In this document: positions 29,330 to 38,722 of the stretch, piece by piece | Numbering within the stretch: the stretch's first letter is position 1 | Layout of the letters: every line of letters starts with the position of its first letter | Origin: a bacterium | Lineage (GTDB): Bacteria > Patescibacteriota > Patescibacteriia > UBA2196 | Direction of reading: 5' to 3' | DNA: 64,000 nucleotides | Assembly: GCA_035387885.1 (NCBI GenBank) | Contig: DAOOOW010000002.1 | Coordinates: 7,869 to 71,868, forward strand | Notes under the pieces: generated by a model | What the model was told of the DNA's origin: nothing | Databases searched by the model: none | What the model saw: only the letters and a program-made list of their open reading frames with translations | Made by a program: the position numbers and the translations under genes

Positions 29330-29941
29330 ATGAATTTACCCCATCATGGTCATGAACAAAGAAAGATTAAAAATCCTAAAAAAGATTTAATGAATGGCGC
29401 TTTAAAATATCTATTGTTTATCAGTGGTATTTTTATGTTTGCTTTCGCCATGTTTTCACCTATCTATGCTATTTTTGTGGAGCAAGTCGGTGGGGGCATT
29501 GAAGTGGCAGCCAATTCTTGGGCCATTTTTGGAGCGGTAGCTGGTTTACTAACTTTTTTATTTAGTCATTATGAAAACGAGATGCATGAAACAGAATTAG
29601 CTATTGCTTGGTCACAATTTGTAGTTGGTTTGGGTTATGTTTTGTTGTGTTTTACAGATAATGTGACAGTTCTTTATATTGATATGATAATTTTAGGTGT
29701 GGGAGAAGCTTTATATTGGCCAGCTTTTCATTCTGTTTTTGCTAAACACACTGATGGTAAAAAATCTACGTCTCAGTGGGGAATTTATGACGGCTTGGCC
29801 TATTTTGTACCAGCTGTTGGTTCAGCCATTGGCGGTTGGTTGGTTGCCAGTTATGGTTTTGAAATAATTTTTGCCATTATGGCAGCCATGTCTTTTTTCT
29901 GCGGTATTTTCATTATTTTATTACCCAGAAAAGCCTTATAG
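29330..29941 (+). CDS. MFS-like half transporter (6 TM)
   Basis: 203 aa hydrophobic, MFS-like PA/AIGG motifs. Confidence 0.7.
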   Translation: MNLPHHGHEQRKIKNPKKDLMNGALKYLLFISGIFMFAFAMFSPIYAIFVEQVGGGIEVAANSWAIFGAVAGLLTFLFSHYENEMHETELAIAWSQFVVGLGYVLLCFTDNVTVLYIDMIILGVGEALYWPAFHSVFAKHTDGKKSTSQWGIYDGLAYFVPAVGSAIGGWLVASYGFEIIFAIMAAMSFFCGIFIILLPRKAL

Positions 29942-29988
29942 ATCACAACTATGTCATCCCCGGGCGTAGTTTCGTGCCCCCGGGACGT

Positions 29989-30064
29989 CAATGTTCCTTA
30001 AAGTAAAAAAATTTTAATCACATTATTGAACAAATAGCCTCCAGTCAGGAGACATGGAGGCAAC
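29989..30064. repeat. partial family F element
   Basis: Closely similar to 9470-9546. Confidence 0.8.
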
Positions 30065-30119
30065 GCAAAATATAATAGCAAAAAAACACTTATAAAAAGT
30101 GTTTTTTATTATTTATTTT

Positions 30120-30542
30120 TTAATACCCACTTGAACTTTGCCAATTTTCCCCACGCTCTGTTTCTGATAATTCTTTAACTTCTTGAATTTCCAGGGGCTC
30201 TATTTTTTGCACTAAAAATTGGGCAATTCTGTTGCCTTTTTCTACTTTGTATTTTTCATGACTAGTGTTTAAAAGACAAACACCAATTTCACCCCTAAAA
30301 TTTGAATCAATTACGCCAGCCAAAGTGGTTAAACCGTGTTTGATGGGCAGTCCAGATCTATCCCAAATTAGCATGACATAACCAGCGGGAATTTCTACAG
30401 CCACGCCGATTTTGAAAGTATAACGCTCGCCAGGCATTAATTCTTTTTCTTCATAAGAATATAAATCCATGCCAGCATCGCCAACTCGGCCATACGTTGG
30501 CATTTGTGCATCAGGATAAATTTTTTTAATTTTGAGATTCAT
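30120..30542 (-). CDS. dut: dUTPase
   Basis: DAGMDL, RSG, GVIDSNFRGE, RIAQ, RG...SSG. Confidence 0.96.
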   Translation of the reverse strand: MNLKIKKIYPDAQMPTYGRVGDAGMDLYSYEEKELMPGERYTFKIGVAVEIPAGYVMLIWDRSGLPIKHGLTTLAGVIDSNFRGEIGVCLLNTSHEKYKVEKGNRIAQFLVQKIEPLEIQEVKELSETERGENWQSSSGY

Positions 30543-31128
30543 TGATTATTTTTTCCAAAATTTTATTAATTTGTGTATGCAGTTCATCTAAAGAACCTTC
30601 ATTAACAATGGTGAAATCGGCCATAGCAATCGGTCCAGCTTTTTCAATATTTTCTATTTCAGCATAATCTCTGGCCTTCGCTTCTTCTTTAGAAAAGGAA
30701 CGAAATTTTAAATTAGGATCAACCTCATATCGACTTTTTCTGTTTTCCAGTCTTTCATAACGAGTTTTAGGGGAAGCATAAACAGCTATAACAATTAAAT
30801 CATCACCATATTTATTTTTTAATTCTTTATATTCAGACCAGCTATAAAGTCCATCAGCTAAAACATTTTTGTCTTCTGAAAGTAGGGCGTCTATTTTTGG
30901 CATATTCAAAATAGCAAAAGCGGCTGGCCCGTATTGTTTTCTTAGTGCTTCTCTAATTGGTCTTTCATTAGCTTCAGTTGGTTCTAAATTTCTTTTTTTT
31001 ATTTCATCTAAAGTAACTTGGCCAAATCTAATATAAGCATAACCTGCTTTAACAAAATATTCTCCCACTTCGCTTTTGCCGGAGCCACAAAGGCCAGAAA
31101 TACAAATTATTTTTTGTTTTTTATTCAT
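30526..31128 (-). CDS. P-loop nucleoside/nucleotide kinase-like protein (dephospho-CoA kinase/UPF0200-like)
   Basis: GLCGSGKS, ADFTIVNEG; between dCMP deaminase and dut. Confidence 0.75.
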   Translation of the reverse strand: MNKKQKIICISGLCGSGKSEVGEYFVKAGYAYIRFGQVTLDEIKKRNLEPTEANERPIREALRKQYGPAAFAILNMPKIDALLSEDKNVLADGLYSWSEYKELKNKYGDDLIVIAVYASPKTRYERLENRKSRYEVDPNLKFRSFSKEEAKARDYAEIENIEKAGPIAMADFTIVNEGSLDELHTQINKILEKIINESQN

Positions 31129-31130
31129 AT

Positions 31131-31628
31131 TTACATGTCTTTATAAGTTTCCATAACATTTTCTATCACATCTAATTGTACATTGGCTTGCTCAAATAAC
31201 TCTCTAGTTAGTTTAGCACCATGATAATGTTTCAAACAGACAACTCTTTTGATACCGACTGCCACTAACATACGAGCACAAACATAACATGGTTCCATTT
31301 TTACATAGATAGTGCAACCATCTAAGGAAATTCCATTTTTGGCAGCTTGGCAAATGGCATTTTGTTCTGCATGAATTGTACGTACGCAATGTTTAGAAAC
31401 TGTGCCGTCATCATTAATCACTTCATGAATGATATGACCTTCATCATCGCAGTGAGCTGTGCCTGGTGGTGAACCAACATAGCCCGTGGCGACGATTCTC
31501 TTATCACGTACAACTACACAGCCGGATCTTCCCCGATCGCAAGTACCTCGTTCACCGATTAATGCGATTAAATTCATAAAATATTCATCCCAACTGGGGC
31601 GAACATGATTTGTTTGTTCTTCTGACAT
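31131..31628 (-). CDS. dCMP deaminase (ComEB family)
   Basis: RPSWDEYF, HAEQNA, PCYVC. Confidence 0.93.
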   Translation of the reverse strand: MSEEQTNHVRPSWDEYFMNLIALIGERGTCDRGRSGCVVVRDKRIVATGYVGSPPGTAHCDDEGHIIHEVINDDGTVSKHCVRTIHAEQNAICQAAKNGISLDGCTIYVKMEPCYVCARMLVAVGIKRVVCLKHYHGAKLTRELFEQANVQLDVIENVMETYKDM

Positions 31629-31754
31629 AAGTTTGAAATTTATTTTTTATAATTATATTTTATCTTATATATGCTCAGTGTCAATTTTTTGTCAAACCAA
31701 AAACCCGCTTTTTTAAAAAGCGAGTTTTAAAATTATATTAAATAATTTTTCATT

Positions 31755-31826
31755 TGCCGGGGGGCAGAATCGGACTGCCAACGCCAAGATTTTCAGTCTT
31801 GCGCTCTACCATTGAGCTACCCCGGC
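31755..31826 (-). tRNA. tRNA-Phe(GAA)
   Basis: Reverse complement GCCGGGGTAGCTCA...CAAGA-CTGAAAA-TCTTG; T-loop reads TCCGATT. Confidence 0.9.
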
Positions 31827-31836
31827 AAAAAATAAA

Positions 31837-31876
31837 TGGGCATAGATGGATTTGAACCATCGACATCTACCTTATA
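31837..31876 (-). pseudogene. 3' half of outer tRNA-Ile(TAT)
   Basis: Reverse complement TATAAGGTAGATGTCGATGGTTCAAATCCATCTATGCCCA. Confidence 0.85.
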
Positions 31877-31922
31877 CTATGTATAATTACTGCGTTCGCA
31901 AAAAATGCAAATGCCAAGGCAA

Positions 31923-31998
31923 TGGTGGGCACGGATGGATTTGAACCATCGACATCCACCTTATAAGGGTGGCGCTCTAACCGCTGAGCTACGTGCCC
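31923..31998 (-). tRNA. tRNA-Ile(TAT), intact inner copy
   Basis: Reverse complement GGGCACG...CCACC-CTTATAA-GGTGG...CGTGCCCACCA. Confidence 0.93.
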
Positions 31999-32036
31999 AG
32001 TGGATTTAAGCATTTGCCTTTTTGCTCTCTTGTAAT

Positions 32037-32073
32037 TATAAGGGTGGCGCTCTAACCGCTGAGCTATATGCCC
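32037..32073 (-). pseudogene. 5' half of outer tRNA-Ile(TAT)
   Basis: Reverse complement GGGCATATAGCTCAGCGGTTAGAGCGCCACCCTTATA. Confidence 0.85.
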
Positions 32074-32227
32074 GTAATTATAAAATACATAATAAATATT
32101 AGCAAGACTTTAGCCCGCTTGTCAAAGTTTTAAAATTATAGTAGAATATACTTATTGATAATTTTTAAACTTTTTACATTTTAAATCTTTTGGGATTTGT
32201 AATTTGTAATTTGTAATTTTAAAAAAT

Positions 32228-32494
32228 ATGCCTCAACAAAAAAATGCTGAAAAATCATTAAGACAGATTAAAAAAAGAACTGCTAAAAACGATAAAATTC
32301 GCAATGGTTTAGATATTTTGACTCGTCAACTTAAAAAAGCTATGGTTCTTAAAGACGCCCCTAAATCTCAAGAATTAGTCAAAAAATTAACCAAAGCTTG
32401 GGATAAAGCCGCTCAAAAAAAAGTTTTAAAGAAAAACACCGCGGCTAGAAAAAAATCCAGAATAATGAAGAAAGTAAATACTTTGAGTAAATAA
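32228..32494 (+). CDS. rpsT: 30S ribosomal protein S20
   Basis: [23 protein letters not shown]. Confidence 0.93.
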   Translation: MPQQKNAEKSLRQIKKRTAKNDKIRNGLDILTRQLKKAMVLKDAPKSQELVKKLTKAWDKAAQKKVLKKNTAARKKSRIMKKVNTLSK

Positions 32495-32501
32495 TATTTT
32501 T

Positions 32502-33038
32502 ATGTCTAAAAATCAAGTAATCATTTTATTGAGTATAATTATTGCTATCTTTTTGGTTGTGGGATATTTTGAGATTGCTAAATGTGATTGCCAAAAAAAT
32601 TTAGAAAATAATTCGGCTGATGTGACTACGGAACAAGAAAATACTATTAATCAAAATCAAGAAATAACTGTTCCGGTTACTGAACCGACTGAACAGTTAA
32701 ATACAAATTCTATGGAATTACAAAAAGAAATTTTAAAAGAAGGTACTGGTGATAAACAAATTGCTAATGGCGAAACTGCCGTGGTTCATTATACTGGTTG
32801 GCTAACTGACGGCACAAAATTTGATTCTAGTGTTGATCGAGGTACGCCTTTTGAATTTAAATTGGGTGCTGGGCAAGTTATTACTGGTTGGGATCAAGGA
32901 GTTTCGGGTATGAAAGTGGGTGAGAAAAGAAAATTAACTATCCCTTATACTTTAGCTTATGGCGAAGCGGGTATTCCTGGCGCCATTCCAGCCAAAGCCA
33001 CTTTAATTTTTGAAGTGGAATTATTGGGAATTAAATAA
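32502..33038 (+). CDS. FKBP-type peptidyl-prolyl isomerase with N-terminal TM
   Basis: [34 protein letters not shown]. Confidence 0.96.
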   Translation: MSKNQVIILLSIIIAIFLVVGYFEIAKCDCQKNLENNSADVTTEQENTINQNQEITVPVTEPTEQLNTNSMELQKEILKEGTGDKQIANGETAVVHYTGWLTDGTKFDSSVDRGTPFEFKLGAGQVITGWDQGVSGMKVGEKRKLTIPYTLAYGEAGIPGAIPAKATLIFEVELLGIK

Positions 33039-33077
33039 TAAATTAATTTTTTGTAATCAAATTACAAATTTAAAAGT

Positions 33078-33539
33078 ATGTCAACTTTTTTTTCACCAGA
33101 ACAAAACCAAGAAATAAATCGAAAAAATGAAGAGCAAAGACTTTTGGGATTAGAAAATTTAAGGAATAAAGCCGAAGAATTAGGTTATCAAGAAGTATCT
33201 TCGTTTGAAGAATTAGGACTTACACCAAAAGAATTAGAACGAGCAAAAGATGGTTATGCAACAAAAGAATTTATACATCTTAAAAAAGACGATGAGATTG
33301 AAAGAAAGAAGGGGGGTCTGTTTTTAAAAGCCAATAGAGCAGGTGGAACACCGGTAAAAGTTGTGGCAATTGTTTATGGTACAGACAATGGAAATAATTA
33401 TAATATAGCGGCTGATTTATTTTCTCCTGGTTTTTATGAGGGAATGGGTTGCAATCATGATTTTAATTTTGAAGAGATGGCTGCAAATTTAAAAAATGCT
33501 TTAAAGTTAGAACCTTACCCATTATCTTTTGAAAAATAA
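33078..33539 (+). CDS. hypothetical protein
   Basis: 153-aa ORF followed by terminator-like hairpin. Confidence 0.6.
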   Translation: MSTFFSPEQNQEINRKNEEQRLLGLENLRNKAEELGYQEVSSFEELGLTPKELERAKDGYATKEFIHLKKDDEIERKKGGLFLKANRAGGTPVKVVAIVYGTDNGNNYNIAADLFSPGFYEGMGCNHDFNFEEMAANLKNALKLEPYPLSFEK

Positions 33540-33646
33540 TTTTTGAATCAAAAACCATTTATTATAGTGGTTTTTTGTTTGCTTGTAAAAAGGGGATTTT
33601 AAGGGTAAAATGAATTTAAATATACATCGTAAGATTGCGATATTTT

Positions 33647-33787
33647 ATCCCCTCCTTTTAAAGGAGGGGCTTAAGCCGAAGGCTAAGGGGGTGGTTATAG
33701 TATTAAGACAAAATTAATTTTTAATACCATGACCGCCCCCTCCGGCTAATCGCCGAGAGACCCCGCCTTTAAAAGGTGGGGATAGGG
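33647..33787. repeat. family G element (CCCCTCCTTTTAAAGGAGGGG arms)
   Basis: Two inverted arms; relatives at 40950-41000 and 56686-56748. Confidence 0.8.
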
Positions 33788-33792
33788 GAATT

Positions 33793-35403
33793 ATGCTATC
33801 CAAAAATCAATCCAACCTCCAAAAATTTCTGCAAACTCTAAACCAGAGTGCGGTTTTGGATTGGTCAAAAAAATTAATTAAAGAATATCCCAAGGCTGAA
33901 GTCTATTTAGTTGGCGGCGCTGTTAGAGACGCTCTTTTAGGTGTTAAAGATAATAAAGATTTTGATTTTGTGGTCAGAGGCATATCAATGAAAAATTTAG
34001 AAAAATTTTTAGGCCGTTTGGGGTGGGTTGAAAAATTGGGGCGTAATTTTGGCGTTTTAAAATTTAAACCGAAAAAATTTGCTCAAGATAAAAATTCCAG
34101 CCCTATTTTACAAAATAAAAAAGTGCTGGATAAATTTGAACCATTGGATATCGCTTTGCCTCGCAGTGATTTTGCTTTTAATACTGGTGGCTATAAAGAT
34201 GTGCAGGTTAAATTTGATAAAGATTTGAATATAGAAGAAGATTTACTGCGTCGAGATTTTACCATTAATGCTATTGCCTATAATTTGGTTAAAAAAGAGA
34301 TTGTTGATCCATATGGTGGTTTGATTGATTTAAAAAATAAAACCATTCGGGCGGTTGGCCAACCAAAAATTAGATTGCGAGAAGATTATTCCAGAATTTT
34401 AAGAGCCATCAGATTGTCTTGCCAATTAAATTTTGAAATTGAAGAAAAAACACTCACTGCTGTAAAAAAATTAGCAAAAAATTTAAACGCAAAAAATAAA
34501 GCAGGGGAGTGGATAACTCCCAGAGAAACCATTGCTAAAGAAATTTTGCGTGCTTTTTATTATAACCCCATATGCGCTTTTGATTTATGTGACGAGTTAA
34601 ATATTTTTAAAGTTTTAATGCCCGAACTTTTAAAAATGAAAAATTGCACCCAGCCAGCCAATTTTCATTCTGAAGGCGATGTCTGGCAACATACAAAATT
34701 GGCCTTGGAGAAATTAGATAGTAAAGAATTTGTGTTATTTGAAAAAAAGATAGAAAAGTTATTAGTGACAAGTGACAGGCGACAAGTAGAAAAAGAAAAA
34801 AGTGATCAGCTGGAATTAATTTTGGCTGTTATTTTTCATGATATTGGCAAACCTTATGTAAAGGAAACACCAGAAAAAAATGGCACTGACAGAATTCGTT
34901 TTAATGACCATGATAATTTTGGTGCCGATTTAACCAAGAGTATTTGTGAACGCTTAACTTTTTCTTCGCCAGAAAAATATGGGGTGGAAATTGATAATAT
35001 TGTTAAACTTGTTAGAAGGCATATGATGTTAATCAATGGTCATCCAAGTCAATTTCGTCCGACCACCATTGAAAAATATTTTTTTTCTGATAATTTTCCA
35101 GGTATTAATTTACTTAAATTGGCTTATTTGGATTCTTTGGCCACTATCCCCAAGACTGGTAAATTGGAAATGAATTTGGTTGGGGCTTTAATTAAAAGAA
35201 TTAAAGAGTTACAATCTTTAATGGTGCATAAAAAAACCAGAGCACAATTACCCGCACCTTTGCTTGATGGGGTTGAGATTATGAGACTGTTAAAAATTAA
35301 ACCAGGTAAAGAAGTTGGTGAATTAAAAGAAAAACTTCGCGAAGCGCAATTAATTGGGAAAATAAAAAATAAATCCGAAGCTAAAAAATATTTGCAAAAA
35401 TAA
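33793..35403 (+). CDS. CCA-adding tRNA nucleotidyltransferase with HD domain
   Basis: VGGAVRD, DFD, DL.RRDFTINA, RILRA.R, FHDIGKP. Confidence 0.93.
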   Translation: MLSKNQSNLQKFLQTLNQSAVLDWSKKLIKEYPKAEVYLVGGAVRDALLGVKDNKDFDFVVRGISMKNLEKFLGRLGWVEKLGRNFGVLKFKPKKFAQDKNSSPILQNKKVLDKFEPLDIALPRSDFAFNTGGYKDVQVKFDKDLNIEEDLLRRDFTINAIAYNLVKKEIVDPYGGLIDLKNKTIRAVGQPKIRLREDYSRILRAIRLSCQLNFEIEEKTLTAVKKLAKNLNAKNKAGEWITPRETIAKEILRAFYYNPICAFDLCDELNIFKVLMPELLKMKNCTQPANFHSEGDVWQHTKLALEKLDSKEFVLFEKKIEKLLVTSDRRQVEKEKSDQLELILAVIFHDIGKPYVKETPEKNGTDRIRFNDHDNFGADLTKSICERLTFSSPEKYGVEIDNIVKLVRRHMMLINGHPSQFRPTTIEKYFFSDNFPGINLLKLAYLDSLATIPKTGKLEMNLVGALIKRIKELQSLMVHKKTRAQLPAPLLDGVEIMRLLKIKPGKEVGELKEKLREAQLIGKIKNKSEAKKYLQK

Positions 35404-35405
35404 AA

Positions 35406-35433
35406 AGTCTCCCGTCATCTGACGGGAGATTTT
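35406..35433. terminator. bidirectional intrinsic terminator
   Basis: AGTCTCCCGTCA-TC-TGACGGGAGATT flanked by A/T runs between convergent genes. Confidence 0.75.
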
Positions 35434-35440
35434 TGGTCAG

Positions 35441-35707
35441 TCAAAAATCAAGGTTTGTCATCTCTGATCGTCTGTTTGTTAAACAATGATTGTTTAACAA
35501 ACTATCTTGCCGTCTAAGCAAGGCTATTGTAGGGCCTTTATCCGCAGTGGTTTCGACTTCATAAGTCTTTTCACTTATTGAAGTTCCCAAAGTCTCGATT
35601 TTTGTTTTAATTTTTTCAGGTTTTTTCGAACAGTAACATTTCGCTTGCCCTGGTGTTATAATGACTACCGCCACTAACCATTTGTGGAGAGGTTTTCTTT
35701 ACGCCAT
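35441..35707 (-). pseudogene. orphan ORF with TAA at codon 3
   Basis: GGAGG-8nt-ATG GCG TAA AGA..., in frame with ORF 35441..35674. Confidence 0.5.
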
Positions 35708-35854
35708 CGTGTGGGCCTCCTATTTTTTTTCTAAAACAAACTAGTTATTTTATTAATTTTTATTTTTTTTAAAATTACTTCTAATTATTTCACTTTTTTT
35801 AAAAAATGTCAAATAAAAAAATCTCCCGTTTACAGACGGGAGAGATAGTTGATT

Positions 35855-36154
35855 TTAACCAAGTTTGGTACATGTGATAATCACACCCTTAAGATGTGGC
35901 AATTGACGATGAAAATGTCTTTTGAGATTAGTTTGAGTTGGACCTCTTTTTGAACCAGCAAAAGGCATTCTGTGAATTTGGGCGCTTGGTAGATTATCAC
36001 CGTCAATTGGTTTAGCTGATTCACCATACTCCAAATTGTGCATTTTTTCTTCAATAAGCTGTTGACTGAGAGAATAAAAAATTTCTATTTGTTTTTTTGT
36101 CCAATGAACGATCAATACAAACCATTCTGCTGATGTGTATTTTTTCTTTTGCAT
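35855..36154 (-). CDS. hypothetical protein
   Basis: GGAGGT SD, own TTGACT promoter and terminator. Confidence 0.6.
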   Translation of the reverse strand: MQKKKYTSAEWFVLIVHWTKKQIEIFYSLSQQLIEEKMHNLEYGESAKPIDGDNLPSAQIHRMPFAGSKRGPTQTNLKRHFHRQLPHLKGVIITCTKLG

Positions 36155-36229
36155 TTTACCTCCAAAATTATTAGATTTTTATTAAAGTGATAAATTAAGC
36201 CTAATATTTTAATTAAAAAAGTCAAATAA

Positions 36230-36403
36230 AAAATAAAAAGCCCGACCAATTTAGGGCTTCAAGAGGGGGGAAGGTTCCTTGGAGGTTGAACTAAGCTGGC
36301 CGGGCAAAATAGAGCCGGTTATCCTTGGAATAAGTGCCGAGTGTGGAAATTAATTTCCAAGAATAAGCCGGCTTTTGTTGTCTGAATTGATTTGTGTGTT
36401 TAT
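36230..36403 (-). ncRNA. candidate structured small RNA
   Basis: TTGACA-17-TATTAT promoter at 36438-36410, two long GC-rich hairpins, U-tract, no ORF. Confidence 0.45.
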
Positions 36404-36494
36404 ATTTATATAATAATAAACTGAATAAAAAATGTCAAGAGTCATTTAAGGAGTGCTTATTCCCAAAATATTTTTTAAATGTTAAGATATATTT

Positions 36495-36800
36495 ATGTTA
36501 ATCAAAGAAGAAGTTCAACATATTGCCGATTTGGCCAGAATCGAACTGACTAATCAGGAAACAGAAAAATATCAAGAGCAACTTGGTCATATTTTAGATT
36601 ATATGGAAAAATTAAAAGAAGTTGATATTGCTAGTGTTACCGTTTCTGATAGTGGCACAAATGATTTAGAAAATATTTGGCGAGAAGATGCAATTAAAAC
36701 ACAAGATGCAATTAACAACAGTCAAGAAAATGAAACTAATTTAATTGACATGGCGCCAAGTGTGGAAAATCGGCAAGTGAAAGTAAAATCAGTATTTTAA
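36495..36800 (+). CDS. gatC: Asp/Glu-tRNA amidotransferase subunit C
   Basis: HIADLARIEL, ILDY, RED, MAP. Confidence 0.92.
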   Translation: MLIKEEVQHIADLARIELTNQETEKYQEQLGHILDYMEKLKEVDIASVTVSDSGTNDLENIWREDAIKTQDAINNSQENETNLIDMAPSVENRQVKVKSVF

Positions 36801-36892
36801 TTTTTTGTTTTTATTTTATTTTTATAAACACGGGATCCCTCGACTTAGGCCTCGCTTTGTTCGGCCTTCGCTCGGGATGATAACTTTCAAAG

Positions 36893-38332
36893 ATGATTAA
36901 AGAATTACATCAAAAACTTATTAATAAAGAAATATCCGCAGTGGAACTCACTCGCGATTATTTAGCGCGCGCAGAAGCCAAAAACTCTGAACTTAATGCT
37001 TTTATCACAATAGTTAGTGATTCTGCTTTAAGACAAGCAGTGGCAGTTGATAGAAAAATAAAAAATAATGAAGAAATTTCGTTAATTGCTGGCCTGCCTT
37101 GTAGTATTAAAGATGTCATTATGACAGAGGGTATTAGGACTACAGCTGCATCTAAAATTTTAGAAAATTATATTGCTTCTTATGACGCCACGTCTGTTGG
37201 CAAAATAAAAAATGCTAAGGCTGTAATTTTGGGTAAAAATAATTGCGATGAATTTGCCATGGGCGGCTCTAATGAAAATTCTGGTTTTGGTCCAGTTAAA
37301 AATCCACTTGATTTAGAACGCGTGCCAGGTGGATCTTCTGGTGGCTCTGCAGTAAGTGTGGCTGCGGATTTAGCAGTTTATGCTCTAGGCACAGATACTG
37401 GTGGTTCAGTGCGCCAACCAGCGGCTTTTTGTGGAGTGGTTGGTCTGAAACCAACTTATGGGGCAGTTTCACGTCATGGTTTAATTGCTATGGCTTCATC
37501 ATTAGACCAAATTGGACCATTAACAAAAAATATTGAAGACGCCAAAATTATTTTTGATATAATTAAAGGCAAAGATAAATTTGACTCAACGAGTCAAGAA
37601 TTTCCAATTTCCAACCAGCCTACCGGACGGACAGGTTTCCAATTTCCAATAAATTTTAAAAAATTAAAAATCGGCATTCCTAAAGAATATTTTGTTAAAG
37701 GCATTGACACTGAAGTGGAATCCGCGGTGCGTGAAGTAATAAAAAAAGCAGAAGCATTGGGCGCGGAAATTGTGGAAGTTAGTTTGCCATATACTGAATA
37801 TGCGCTGGCTGTTTATTATATTATCCAACCTGCAGAAGCCAGCGCCAATTTAGCGCGCTTTGATGGCATTCGTTATGGCAAGCGAGCTGAGGCGACTGAA
37901 AATTTAATTGAAGTTTATAAAAAAACTCGCGCGGAATTTTTAGGTGAAGAAGTTAAAAGAAGAATAATGCTCGGCACTTACACTTTATCGGCTGGATATT
38001 TTGACGCTTATTATAAAAAAGCCAACGCAGTTAGAAAATTAATTAAGCAAGATTTTACTAATGTGTTTGAAAGCGTTGATTTATTAATTACTCCAACCAC
38101 ACCTACCTCTGCTTTTAAATTAGGTGAAAAAACTAGCGATCCATTAACAATGTATTTGGAAGATATTTTTACAGTACCGATTAATTTAGCTGGTTTACCG
38201 GCCATGTCCATGCCAGCCGGCCAAACAAAATCCGGTTTGCCCATTGGGGTACAATTAATTGCCCCATGGTTTGGGGAAGATGTTTTGTTTGAGGTGGGGG
38301 AGGAGTTAGAAAGAGTAATCCGTAATATGTAA
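36893..38332 (+). CDS. gatA: Asp/Glu-tRNA amidotransferase subunit A
   Basis: PGGSSGGS, GTDTGGSVRQPA, RFDGIRYG. Confidence 0.98.
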   Translation: MIKELHQKLINKEISAVELTRDYLARAEAKNSELNAFITIVSDSALRQAVAVDRKIKNNEEISLIAGLPCSIKDVIMTEGIRTTAASKILENYIASYDATSVGKIKNAKAVILGKNNCDEFAMGGSNENSGFGPVKNPLDLERVPGGSSGGSAVSVAADLAVYALGTDTGGSVRQPAAFCGVVGLKPTYGAVSRHGLIAMASSLDQIGPLTKNIEDAKIIFDIIKGKDKFDSTSQEFPISNQPTGRTGFQFPINFKKLKIGIPKEYFVKGIDTEVESAVREVIKKAEALGAEIVEVSLPYTEYALAVYYIIQPAEASANLARFDGIRYGKRAEATENLIEVYKKTRAEFLGEEVKRRIMLGTYTLSAGYFDAYYKKANAVRKLIKQDFTNVFESVDLLITPTTPTSAFKLGEKTSDPLTMYLEDIFTVPINLAGLPAMSMPAGQTKSGLPIGVQLIAPWFGEDVLFEVGEELERVIRNM

Positions 38333-38468
38333 TCCGTAATCTGTAAAAGGAATAAATTGATTTAAAAATTTTATTACCAATTACTAATTACCAATTACAA
38401 ATTACTTTTTGTTGTTTTATTGCCAAATTTTATATTTATGATAGAATAATTCTAGTTTTTTATTGGGC

Positions 38469-38561
38469 GGAGCGGTAGTTCAGTTGGTTAGAACGCTGCC
38501 CTGTCATGGCATGAGGGTTGAAATCTGCCCCAAGGCAGATTTCAACGGTTCAAGTCCCGTC
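38469..38561 (+). pseudogene. 5'-side tRNA-Asp copy with hairpin insertion, lacking 3' acceptor strand
   Basis: Identical 5' half to 38609 tRNA; hairpin 38517-38546. Confidence 0.85.
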
Positions 38562-38608
38562 GTAATATTTTATTTTATTTTTACATTTTAATAAATGGTT
38601 CCCCAAAC

Positions 38609-38682
38609 GGAGCGGTAGTTCAGTTGGTTAGAACGCTGCCCTGTCACGGCAGAGGTCACGGGTTCGAGTCCCGTCCGCTCCG
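38609..38682 (+). tRNA. tRNA-Asp(GTC), intact
   Basis: GGAGCGG/CCGCTCC, CTGCC-CTGTCAC-GGCAG. Confidence 0.96.
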
Positions 38683-38722
38683 TTTGGCGAATAATAAAAG
38701 TAAGATGAAATATTATAAAAAA

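Noticed and set aside
31877-32036. Group I intron in tRNA anticodon loop
   Set aside because: The insert is about 160 nt, half of it an intact tRNA, with no room or motifs for a ribozyme core
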